Assembly (NCBI GenBank): GCA_964016885.1
Contig: OZ024765.1
Location: 2,294,001-2,358,000 of the forward strand
DNA length: 64,000 nucleotides
From: Eledone cirrhosa
Lineage: Eukaryota
Direction: 5' to 3'
A program made the position numbers and the translations under genes. Within the stretch, counting starts at the first letter, position 1. Each line of letters begins with the position of its first letter. Positions 33,127 to 46,352 of this stretch are shown in pieces. The notes beneath the pieces were generated by a model that saw only the letters and a program-made list of their open reading frames with translations, did no database searches and had not been told where the DNA came from.

Positions 33127-33324
33127 CAGATTAAAGTTTAAGCAAAGAATCGCTGATATATATTTATCCTTATCGAACCCTCTTTGGATTTTAGTCTTCA
33201 AATTTATTATTATTACTATATATATATATAACGAAGGAAATGTGGTAAGGAACCAGAATTAGCCGTCGAAACGGCTACAGCTCAGCCGTCGGGGTCCTAC
33301 TCGTTCCTATATATATATATATAT

Positions 33325-33772
33325 TAGGTATAGGATTATCCAAGATGTAGTAATGGTTAATTACTACAGTGGATATGGTTGACGTACGGTAAGAGGTTAC
33401 TCTACGAGTTATGGAAGAATTGTTCAAGAAACTTAGTTCCTGATCTGATCCTTCAGTATTCCGGAGTGTATATAAAGAATGAATAATAACAGGTAGACAT
33501 CATAAAAAGGTAATTTATTCCGTGTGCTTACAAATGTTTCCACGGTGGTACTACAGCCTAGTTATGCTATGTGCAAATTTACAAGTATTTGCAGAACTCA
33601 AATATCCAATGCTGTGACCACTGTATCCTCAGAGGATACAGTGGTCACAGCATTGGATATTTTGTAAATTTGCACATAGCATAACTAGGCTGTAGTACCA
33701 CCGTGGAAACATTTGTAAGCACACGGAATAAATTACCTTTTTATGATGTCTACCTGTTATTATTCATTCTTT
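33325..33772 (-). mobile_element. Family E fold-back element, second copy
   Basis: Palindrome centred on 33631, reverse complement of 23655-24084. Confidence 0.8.
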
Positions 33773-34250
33773 ATATATATATATATATATAGTACCAGTT
33801 TAGTACTGGGGTGGAGTCTTCCTCTATATCTCTTTCTCATATCTCTCTATATCCCTCTCTCACTTTCTATCTTTCTCTGGAAGAAATCTGCTGTACTGAA
33901 GCCTGGAGAGGGAGGGGCTCCGCCGGGCTTAAGATGTCCAAGAAACACTGTATATCTATACACCGCCTCTATGACTCTATCAGGAGTTACGTGACCATAC
34001 ATACATACATGGTAATACACTGTTGTTACGGTAACAGTGATGTTATGTAGAAACATTCATAAAACTAATTTTCCTCTGACGAGAAGACATAAATCTCCAA
34101 AATGCAACATGATTATCTCCTAAGAGTTTCCTGTGTACAGACGTGTTTATACTTCAATATTTACGCGGCAAAGATATTTAAAACGAAAATTAATTGTTGT
34201 ATCTACTTTAAATTTAGCTTACATTTTCTTGTATACCATTATAATATTAA

Positions 34251-34302
<52 letters not shown>

Positions 34303-34612
34303 AGAGAGAGAGCTGCATGCGTGTATATATACATATATGTCTATATATGTGTATATATATGTATCTATCTATATACATATATGTATATATATATATATGT
34401 ATGTATATCTATTTATATATATATATGTATGTATGTATGTATGTACATATATTTATATATATATATATGTATGTATATATATATGTGTGTATATATATAT
34501 GTATGTATGTATATATATATGTGTGTGTATGTGTATGTGCAGTATATATATATATATATATATACAGTTTTATACTGTATATGTGCTATGTACATTTGCG
34601 GATGTACGTCTG

Positions 34613-34644
<32 letters not shown>

Positions 34645-34649
34645 TATAC

Positions 34650-34726
<77 letters not shown>

Positions 34727-34733
34727 TATATAC

Positions 34734-34830
<97 letters not shown>

Positions 34831-34847
34831 CATATATATATATATAA

Positions 34848-35096
<249 letters not shown>

Positions 35097-35499
35097 TGGA
35101 CGTCAAACACACACATACACACATGTACACACGTATATATATAATTACATGTTTTTGCTGTCAGTTGTGTCAACACTCGAGTAAGTTTGATATAGTACAA
35201 TCCCTCGCTCGTCGCTCATTACTAGATCAGTCAACACTAAAAAAAATCTTATGTGGTATTACATGAAATATAATGCCTATGGTTCCCCCTGCCCCACTCC
35301 CCCTGCCCCACGCAGCCTGGCTAGACTCTGGCCATGCTGGGGCACTGCTTTGATTTACTCACGGCGTTTATAAACTGATTTTTTTAAAAATAAATATTAT
35401 ACATATATATATGTATATATATATATATGTATGTATATATATATATATATATATAAATATAAATATATATATGTATATATATACAAATATATATATATG

Positions 35500-35531
<32 letters not shown>

Positions 35532-35573
35532 TATATAAATATAAATATATATATGTATATATATATATATGTA

Positions 35574-35661
<88 letters not shown>

Positions 35662-35664
<3 letters not shown>

Positions 35665-36184
35665 GCCAAGGTTTCTTGGTGAGGAGGGTGACTTTGGACA
35701 TCCTGCAGGACTAAAAACAAAACCTGTCAAAGGGCAAAGGAGCTCTTAAGAGTCAATGGCCATCCAAAATCACTGGGAGAGATGACCCCTTAGCCTTTGT
35801 CAAGGCAGAATTATAGAAGGAAAACTCTGATATAACACCTGCAACCCTAATGGTATCCAATGATGTTGACTTGTTCTTCTTTTTGGTAAATATTATCTTG
35901 GTTAAGAGAGTGGGACTGGCTTTGTGCAGTACCTTTGCTCACTATAAAAGCTTCACGGCACAGGCATTGCTTTATATCTGGAGATCTCTCTGCACTTGTC
36001 GTCACATGGTGCCATGGGCCCAGCACTATGTGTCAGTAATTGTCACAAGTGTAGTGTTTGTACCAGAGTTTTCAAGTCGCTGGCTGGACTAAAAAGCCAC
36101 ACTCGCTCGTTCAGCGCATCGGTAGGGGTTCTCCTACATGGATATAAAGTAGTGGCCGTACTCGAAAACGAGTTGGCAGCCACC
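35662..36184 (+). mobile_element. Short RTE-like LINE derivative (5'-UTR-like part joined to C-terminal zinc knuckle)
   Basis: HKCSVCTRVFKSLAGLKSHTRS resembles the RTE ORF terminal C2H2 finger. The upstream GAAGGAAAACTCTGA motif is RTE-5'-like. Flanked by (TA)n. Confidence 0.5.
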
Positions 36185-36293
36185 ATATATATATAGTGAA
36201 AAATTGAACGGGAACAAAACAGAGAGGCAGTACGAACAAAGGTTTATTAGTTTCACGCGCTTGAGTATATAGATATATATATTTATATATATT

Positions 36294-36398
<105 letters not shown>

Positions 36399-36462
36399 AT
36401 GTAAAAGGTAAACAGAAATAACAACACAATCGGTACAGAGAGATAGACAGACAGACAGATAA

Positions 36463-36497
<35 letters not shown>

Positions 36498-36756
36498 GCT
36501 ATTGTCATTGAATTAACGAAATCGAACAACTCTAGAAATATACCATTTATAATAATCTCTCATACGTGATGCGTTTTATTGAACTCTTATTAAATCGATC
36601 AATGTTCAATGCCAGTTCATAAACTTCGATTAGTTCTCATGTAAAAGAAAATCAATCAAGATTCCTAACCATAAATTAACACAGCAGTTTTTATTCTGAT
36701 ACACTATGTTCAATATATTCAGCACCATCTTTAATAAATTTGACCCCTCCTCCTTC

Positions 36757-36793
<37 letters not shown>

Positions 36794-36926
36794 TTCCAAC
36801 ATGGACGATTCATTGGGGAACCAGAGACCTTCATATCTCACAGTTAGAAATGACATCTTGTCAGAGTCCGGCCTAGTAACATTTTCATCACCGCGATAAT
36901 TTGCTCATGCTTTCTAGAGTAATTTT

Positions 36927-37029
<103 letters not shown>

Positions 37030-37194
37030 ATATTGAGAAACACACAGATACATGCGGACACACACATATACATGAATATATCCACATCCATCCTTGAGTT
37101 AATGGTGCCAACCTTAACCGATGTTGCTCTATGAATAACTGGGACAAACCAATCCGAATGGATTAGACTGAACCAGTATCAGAGCTAAAAGCAC

Positions 37195-37567
37195 ATTATG
37201 AAGAGAGAAGAAACATTTAGATATAATTAGTAATAAGATGTATCATACCTAAACTGCTTCTAGATTCCTCGACTACGTAGTTTCGTGGCATAAACAAAAA
37301 CAATACATCATAGAGATATAGAGCCTTTGCGAGGTCTGCCGACTTATCAAGAGGATACCTCGTTATACTAGCCTCAAGAGCACGTCTATATGATGTGAGA
37401 TAGAATCCCAAAAGGCGGAGGGGGAGACAGTCACGTGATACAACGGTCAAGAAACAGAGCTAAGCCCCTTATAACCCCGAAAAAAATACCACAATCTCAC
37501 AATCTAGAAGCAGTTTAGGTATGATACATCTTATTACTAATTATATCTAAATGTTTCTTCTCTCTTC

Positions 37568-37572
<5 letters not shown>
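37195..37572. mobile_element. 72-bp inverted repeat enclosing a decayed hammerhead
   Basis: Arms 37195-37266 and 37501-37572. - strand 37354-37267: CCTC-TTGATAA-GTCGGCA..TGCCAC-GAAA-CTACGTAG-TC-GAGG. Confidence 0.65.
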
Positions 37573-37613
<41 letters not shown>

Positions 37614-37828
37614 AAGATCGGAATTAAGAGTATTCCGCAGTTCACTGTAATAATAATAATAGTATTAGCTCAAAGAAGAAATAGAGAATTTCCTTCTGAG
37701 CTCAAATGCAAGTATATATTACACAAAGAGAAGTGTGTTACACAGTGAGATGTGTGTAAAGAATTATTACGAGTGTTTTTACCGTTACTGACTCACTGTG
37801 TAACACACTTCTCTTTGTGTAATATATA

Positions 37829-37892
<64 letters not shown>

Positions 37893-37960
37893 ATAAATTT
37901 GAAGATCCCGTTAAGGGTGAAAGCAGCGATTCTTTGCTTAAACTTTAATCTGTTATTTTA

Positions 37961-38029
<69 letters not shown>

Positions 38030-38284
38030 ACCACTATTATAGACACCATATATATTTCCGTGGGTACCTAGTACCTACTGGGATATCTATATCATTTATC
38101 TAATTCTCCTTAATGTAGAGAAAAAAAAATGGTGTATCATGCTGCTATTTCTAGCAGCATGAAATATCAGCGAGTCTATAATTCCCTGCTATTTCTAACG
38201 GTCCAATAAGTGTGTGGGTCATTTTAACAGCTTGATTCATTCACTGGGCAGAGGGTGATATATTTACATCTATACGGACTTATG

Positions 38285-38388
38285 TCTAGTAGATTTGGAA
38301 AAGCTATCTGAAGAGCTATATCTTTCCATTGGAAATTCTCTGAATTTCCAATCTTTTGATAAGCGAAACCGTCGGTCATGGCACTAGA
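38285..38388 (+). ncRNA. Canonical type I hammerhead ribozyme with extended stems
   Basis: Stem I GCTAT/ATGGC (extended by TCTAGT/ACTAGA), CTGAAGA 38308-38314, stem II GCT...ATTGGAAATTC-tct-GAATTTCCAAT...AGC, GAAA 38365, stem III CCG-t-CGG, GTC cleavage triplet ending 38377. Confidence 0.8.
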
Positions 38389-38452
38389 AGAGGTAAATAT
38401 TTAAATCGTATTTTAATTTATTTAAAAGATTGTTTAATGTTTACTTGTTCCG

Positions 38453-38563
<111 letters not shown>

Positions 38564-39395
38564 GTATATATTATTCAAAATATTAACAAATGAAAAATAT
38601 TCTCATAATCAAAATATATATTTTATTACAACAATATGACCCTCCCCAAGTGTAACTATATTTTATTATATATATTTCAAAGGTACTGTGTTGTTGCTTT
38701 TCAGTACGTCCTCATCAGACAAAATATATGATTTGATATATGACATACCGCTACGGTCTTGAATATTGAATTCCAGTATTGGCACTGATTTATTTCATCA
38801 AATCTGGAGTATAAATAATATAACATCAAAAGATGATTAAAAGACTTCCATGTATTTTATTATGCGCATTTCAAAAACATTATTTTATTTTTTATATGTT
38901 GATTTAACACTTCACTGCTCGCAAGTGTTTTTTAAGCTTCATACCATGTCTCCCTATTTTATCTGATGAGAACGCAAATATCATCCCATGATGATATTTG
39001 TTTTTGAAATGCGCATAATAAAATACATGGAACTCTTAACTATCTTTTGATTTTATATTATATATATATATACTGCCAAAACTGGAATGAATCATCAGCA
39101 CAGTTGTGGTATGTCAGACATCAATTTATTTTATCTGAGGAGGACGTACTGATGAAACAGTTCAGTACCTCTGAAATATATATAATAAAATATATTTGAT
39201 CACACGAATGTCTATATTTATTAATATTTTGAAATAATATATATATGTATATATATAGAAGTAGAAACACAACAATTAGTTCACCATACAGAGAACAATT
39301 CTTCTCTGTACGGTGAACTAACTGTTGTGTAACCACTTCTACCTAACTCGTCCCATGGACTGAGTGCTCTACCACTACGGATATTACCTTCCAGT

Positions 39396-39475
<80 letters not shown>

Positions 39476-39476
<1 letters not shown>

Positions 39477-39671
39477 GTTATTCCGGGTTGAATCGGAGGT
39501 AACCACAGTAAGTAAGGTACTCAATACATAGCAGAGTATAACAGTTTTAATATAGATGAGATTCTACAGGACTAGAACTGTTTCATTCATTAGAAATCAT
39601 CAGGAATCAGATTCCTGATGATTTCTAATGAATGAAACAGTTCTAGTCCTGTAGAATCTCATCTATATTAA

Positions 39672-39675
<4 letters not shown>
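39476..39675 (-). mobile_element. Family A element, perfect 66-bp-arm palindrome with intact hammerheads on both strands
   Basis: Arms 39543-39608 and 39610-39675. GATTC-CTGATGA-TTTCtaatGAAT-GAAA-CAGttctagtcCTG-TA-GAATC. Confidence 0.85.
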
Positions 39676-39718
<43 letters not shown>

Positions 39719-39721
39719 TAC

Positions 39722-39935
39722 ATGCTCACTGACATCCAGAGTGTTGACACTGCACTCAGTGCTCCTGTGGGAGCCCCTACTCGGACACACTAGAAGAGGG
39801 AGACCGAGGTTGACGTATGTTGATGCCCTAAGGACAGACACTGGTCTCTTGGAGATGCAGGACATGGCAGCGATAATGAGGGACAGCGACTGCTGGAGAG
39901 AACTCGTCCATGGATCTCGGGAATTTTAACCACCC
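39722..39935 (+). mobile_element. RTE-clade LINE ORF C-terminal fragment
   Basis: VLLWEP..G..RRGRPRLTYVDALRTDTGL....M....RD...WRELV is a typical RTE-group C-terminus. Confidence 0.7.
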
Positions 39936-40035
39936 TATATATATATATATATAGTGAACAACACAATATATAATTACTCCATTAGCAAAGGTTTCAGGAC
40001 CCTAGACAATATTAACATACGTCTAGTCCGCTCAT

Positions 40036-40176
<141 letters not shown>

Positions 40177-40458
40177 CATATTTCATCCTGGACTCGAAGC
40201 TGGTCAGCCAAACAGACAACAACTGGCCTTCACCGCCTTCGAGTTAAAAACATTTCTCTCTGTTTTTTTTTTAGCCTCTTGGATTGTGTTTACCATTATT
40301 CCTTTATTATATAACTTTTATGCAATAAACACCTGAAGATGTCACCAGGATCTTACGGAACTTGGCCACTGAAATGTACATAGTTTTTGCTATAATAAAT
40401 CTTTGAAGGAATTTCACCAGTCCGGCCTCCTGTCATTTTACTCAATATATATATATAC

Positions 40459-40592
<134 letters not shown>

Positions 40593-40712
40593 GACGTAAA
40601 ATAAGAAAATTATAAAAATTAACTTACTTACTAACATTTCACTCCAACTAATTAGTTTCTGAAAGGGAATAAACATGGTTTCCAAATGGAAAGCATGGAG
40701 AAGCCATTTCGT

Positions 40713-40810
<98 letters not shown>

Positions 40811-41009
40811 TGTATATATATATATATATATGTGTGTGTGTATATATATATATACATATATATATATACATATGCCCCTGGATTTTCGACCAATGGATAT
40901 TACTAACAATTGGAAAGACGAATGGAAAAATTGTTTCCTCGGTCCAATTTGACGAGTTTCACGCCAGTCATTAAGCGACTGTCGGTATATAAATATCTGT
41001 GTGTGTATG

Positions 41010-41162
41010 TGTGGTCTTCGGCATAGTTTCTGTCTACCAAATTTCCCTCACTATGCATTGCTCAACTAGAGGCTATAGTAAAAGACACTAATCCAAGGAA
41101 CCACGCTGTGAGACAACCAAAAACCCCATAGTTCAATGACAACTACTCAACCACGCAGCTAT
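41010..41162 (-). mobile_element. Decayed octopus-type tRNA-SINE (second family)
   Basis: TTTCTGTCTACCAAAT...GAGGCTATAGTAAAAGACACT..CCAAGG..CCACGC resembles an abundant octopus SINE. Recognised from memory, not searched. Confidence 0.5.
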
Positions 41163-41175
41163 GATTGCATGTATG

Positions 41176-41239
<64 letters not shown>

Positions 41240-41244
<5 letters not shown>

Positions 41245-41833
41245 ATAATAATAAATTTGAAGACTAAAATCCAAAGAGGGCTCGATAAGGATAAATATAT
41301 ATTTTTATGTGTGTTTGGTGTATACGTTCGTATGTGTGAGGTTGCGTGGGTTCTGTATGTGCGTGCGTGTTTTTTTTTTTTTGTTTTTTTTGTACGTGCT
41401 TGTATTTGCATACCCATGGCGAGTGTTTTCGCCGCGTATGCTTGTGTATATGGATGGATGCGTGTATGTATATATTTAGTTTCAACTACCTCTGCATTTT
41501 ATTTACTTTATTCTTAACTCTGAAGCCGAGAATCATTCGGTTTCCTAAATAGAATATTAGTCTACGACTTCATTTATACCATAAACGTGGTTTTGTCTTT
41601 GCGTGTAATTGTTTGCACCGCACCAAATAATGACGTATTATCTCCGGGTTTTTTTTAGTCCATTGCCAGGAACGTCTCCACGAACCAAAGTGTCGTCTTC
41701 CTGTCCTCCTTCGGTTGCAACGTTTTTTGAAATATTTACTTCTGCGTTCACAGATTGACTTTTTTAACTTCAGAAGATCCCGTTAAGGGTGAAAACAGCG
41801 ATTCTTTGCTTAAACTTTAATCTGTTATTTTAA

Positions 41834-41836
<3 letters not shown>
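41240..41836 (+). mobile_element. Family F element, longest copy
   Basis: Ends TAGTAATAATAAATTTGAAGACTAAAATCC... and ...GGGTGAAA.CAGCGATTCTTTGCTTAAACTTTAATCTGTTA recur as deleted copies at 143-195, 19110-19215, 26776-26825, 32218-32310 and 37888-37965. Confidence 0.65.
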
Positions 41837-41870
<34 letters not shown>

Positions 41871-41929
41871 TATGTTATATATACATATTTATACGCATAC
41901 ATGTATGTATGTATGTATGTATGTATGTA

Positions 41930-41973
<44 letters not shown>

Positions 41974-42114
41974 TACATACATACACACATATATATACAT
42001 ACGTATATATATGTATATATATGTGTATATATATATATATATATATTTATTTATTATATTATATATACATATATATACATACATATATATAATATACATA
42101 CACATATATGTGTG

Positions 42115-42153
<39 letters not shown>

Positions 42154-42195
42154 TGTATTATATATGTGTATGTATTTGTGTACACACACACAATG

Positions 42196-42268
<73 letters not shown>

Positions 42269-42682
42269 CACAAAAGAAAATATACTAAACGTGCAGAATG
42301 ACAATTGCTTCTTCGTATATAAAAACTTACAATTGAAATGAGATAGCTTGCAGCTATTTGCTAAGTGTCTTTCATAGCGTCGATTAAGAAATAGAGAGAT
42401 GTCGTGTTATTTAAATGTGTGTAAGATATTGTTGCTTCAATCAACCATTCATAATTATGAAGCAAGAATTACGAAGAGTGTCTACAGGAACTAAACCATT
42501 TCTGAACATTTACTTAATCCGTTCCCATCTTGAATTTATCAATAATTTCACTGTAACATAGCCTGCAGTGTGCAGTGTATATTTCATTGTAAACTAAACT
42601 ATCATGTAGATAAAATTATAGCATATGGTTCATATATATATATATATGTGTGTGTATGTGTATATGTATATATATACACATA

Positions 42683-42713
<31 letters not shown>

Positions 42714-42730
42714 GTGTGTATATATATATA

Positions 42731-42816
<86 letters not shown>

Positions 42817-43035
42817 GATATAGGGTATGTAATAAACAACATAGGACAATTATTCCATTTACCAAAGGTTTCACGAAGCCAGATGTCTGAAATCGCTCAT
42901 CAAAATGAAAAATGTAATATGCATAGTAAATGTTTCCTTCTGATGAGCGATTTCAGACGTGTCTTTATGAATGTAGTTTACAGAGAGCACTCTCCTTTCC
43001 TTTACCCCTTCTACGGAAATAATTCATATAGATAT

Positions 43036-43223
43036 GAAAAAGTATGACCCCGACGGCAGAGCTCAAGCCGTTTCGACGGCTATTTCTGTCCAGAAATAGC
43101 CGTCGAAACGGCTTGAGCTCTGCCGTCGGGGTCATACTTTTTCCTATTTCCCACTCTACTACCCTAAGTATTGAGTACTTTGGTGCGTTATGGTCCACCT
43201 GGTCCCTTACCACATTTCCTTTG

Positions 43224-43226
<3 letters not shown>
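43036..43226 (+). mobile_element. Family B fold-back element
   Basis: Palindrome centred near 43088 plus family B tail. Confidence 0.8.
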
Positions 43227-43274
<48 letters not shown>

Positions 43275-43734
43275 TACATATATATGTGTGTGTGTGTGTG
43301 TGTGTATATGCTTTCATTCTGAGCGTAGGTGAGAGAAAGCAGACGAACTGTAACGACAGTGAAATAAGGTATTGAAGAAGATGTGAGATGATACGATTTT
43401 TCTGAATCTTGAGTTAGTGTTGTCACTAATTAAAGCTAGCACACACTGACGAAGTGTAACAACACTGAAATACGATATTAACGTAGCTGTGCCATAACTT
43501 TCTAAATAACATTTTGTTAGTGTTGTCGGTGATTAAAACTAGAACATACTGACGAAGTTTAACAACACTGAAATACGAGACAGCTTTCTAAATAACGTTT
43601 TATTAGTGCTGTCACTGATTAAAGTTAGTAGTCACTGACAGGGTGTAACAGTACTGAAATACGGTATTAAGACAGCTGTGACATAACAGCTTTCCCGAAT
43701 CATGTTGTGTTATAAAGCATAGTAATAATAATAA

Positions 43735-44021
43735 TTGTTTTCTACTTTAGGCACATTACCCCAGTTCGTTACTGGATTTGAACTCATAATGTAAAGGGCC
43801 GTAACTCTATGCGTCAAAGCATGGCGTCCGACCCTCTACCGATACTGCCAATCCAAATAATAATAATATAATTATTTCTACTTTTGGCACATGGCCAGCA
43901 ATTATTCCAGTGTATTACTGGTACTTTATTTTATCGACCCCTTAAGGATGAAAGGCAAAGTTAACCTTGACGGGATTTGAACTCAGACCGTAAAGAGCCG
44001 TAACTCTATGCTGCAAAGCAT
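43735..44021 (-). mobile_element. Two octopus-type tRNA-SINE copies
   Basis: TTTATCGACCCC..AAGGATGAAAGGCAAAGTTAACCT.GACGGGATTTGAACTCAGA, with a B-box on the - strand. Confidence 0.75.
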
Positions 44022-44776
44022 GTATGATAGTTGGTTAGTTAGATATAAATATTTCAAACTATTCATCACCATATTTGAAATGAGGCTGACCAATGTCCAA
44101 TTAACTGGGGGCCATTATTGCCACGCCCTGCTCATACTGCGTCTCTCTCTCTCTCTCGCTCTCTCTCTCTTTTCTCCTTCTTCCTCTGTCCCCCCCACCC
44201 CCCCCACCTAGCTCTGTCTCTCTCTCTTCCCCTTCTTTCTCTCTGTGCTCTCTCTCTCTCTCTCCCCTCTCTCCGTCTCTATCTGACTCCCTCCTCTTTC
44301 TCCCCATCACTCCCTCTCTCGGTCTGTGCCCACTCTCTCTCTCTCTAACTCCCTCCTGTCTCCTCCCCATCAATTTATCTCTCCCCATCACTCTCTCTCT
44401 CTCGGTCTGTCCCCCATCTCTCTCTAACTCCCTCCTGTCCCCTCCCCCATCACTCCCTCTCTCTGTCTCTCTAACTCCCTCCTGTCCCCTCCCCATCACT
44501 CCCTCTCTGTCTCTTTAACTCCCTCCTGTCCCCTCCTCATCACTCCCTCTCTCTCTCTATATAACCCCCTCCTGTCCCCCCCCCCCCCCATCTCTCTCTC
44601 GGTGGAAAGAACCAATAACATTCTAGAAACAAAACACGGGGTTCCCCTACTCAGCGTTCTTCTGCCAGTGTTGTCTCTGACTGCCACTAGAGGCACTGAA
44701 TGGCTGCCGTCATGGCTTAGGTGATCACAGCTTCATATTGGTTGTGGCTGTTGTAGCGAAACAGGCATATATACAC

Positions 44777-44810
<34 letters not shown>

Positions 44811-44868
44811 ATCTGTGTATATGTGTATAATATGTCCTAAAATAAATACATACACATATATATGTATG

Positions 44869-44913
<45 letters not shown>

Positions 44914-45054
44914 TTATTTTATGATAAAATATTTTTTTATTTTATGATAAAATAAAAAAAATTTTTACTCTGCCATGTATTGAGTACCTTACTTACTGTG
45001 GTTATCCCCGACTCAACCCGGGACCTACGTATATATATATATAGATATATTAAG

Positions 45055-45268
45055 AGAAAGTATGACTCCGACGGCAGAGCTCAAGCCGTTTCGACGGTTA
45101 TTTCTGGACTAAAATGCTAAAATGACTTTAGTCCAGAAATAGCTGTCGAAACGGCTTGAGCTCTGCCGTCGGGGTCATACTTTCTCCTACTACCCACTCT
45201 ACTACCCTAAGTATTGAGTACTCTGGTGCGTTATGGTCCATCTGGTTCCTTACCACAATTCCTTCGCT
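45055..45268 (+). mobile_element. Family B fold-back element
   Basis: Inverted arms around the TAAAATG spacer plus tail. Preceded by a family A tail at 44945-45030. Confidence 0.8.
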
Positions 45269-45332
45269 ATATATATATATTATATATATATATATATATA
45301 TATTCACAGAGAGAGAGAATTTCAAATTATAT

Positions 45333-45461
<129 letters not shown>

Positions 45462-45806
45462 GTATATATATATATATATATATATAAATATATATGTATA
45501 TATATATATATATACATATATAGGGAGAGGTGTAATACATCAATTATTATATATAGAACAAAGCACTCACTCACCCCAATATATATATACGCATATAAGT
45601 ATGCAATTATATATAAGTACATACATAAAAACATAAACACACATACATATATATGTGAATGTATTTATACACACACACGCACATATATATATACACACAC
45701 ACACACATACATACACAAAACACGTATGTATATTCCTTAAGATATAGATGTATTGCCTAAAGCAATATATAAAAATATATTTATATATATATAAGTATAT
45801 TTATAA

Positions 45807-45860
<54 letters not shown>

Positions 45861-46185
45861 AACAGACACACTCACATATATGTATATACATGTGTATATA
45901 TATATATGTGTGTGTGTGTATATGTGTGATTGTGTGTTCAATAACCAATAACTAATAAGATGAAGCAATACTTTTTTCTCACGTGAGAAAAAATATTCCG
46001 TCTTACACGTAAAGAATATTCTTTTATCATTATCGACCTTCTTCAATATCGATCATTGTCAATATCGATCAGAATTTTATTTTATTTTTATTTTTATTTT
46101 TATTTTTGCCATGGAAACAACAACTCCCACCAGAAACATTGAACGCACCATTTTTTAAAATTATTATTATCATTATTATTATTAA

Positions 46186-46352
46186 GACTGTGGTGGATTG
46201 TCAGAATCGGGAGAGCAACGGACACCATGCTTTGCCGCATAGTGTTATGACCCTTTACTGTCTGGGTTTAAATCTCTCCGAGGTTAGCTTTACTGTTCTT
46301 CCTTACGAGGTAGAGAAAATAAAGTACCAGTCACGCACTGGGGTCAATTTAA
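46186..46352 (+). mobile_element. Diverged octopus-type tRNA-SINE
   Basis: Similar to 61743-61942. Runs directly into the minisatellite. Confidence 0.6.

Noticed and set aside
39543-39675. Palindromes as MITEs or pre-miRNAs
   Set aside because: Arms are asymmetric (one side continues into a unique tail), inversion points vary among copies, and ribozyme cores are present. This fits retroelement fold-back better.
41768-41816. Intact hammerhead in family F
   Set aside because: Stem II, GAAA and stem III look right, but the core reads CAGAAGA and stem I is poor. Kept only as a degenerate candidate.
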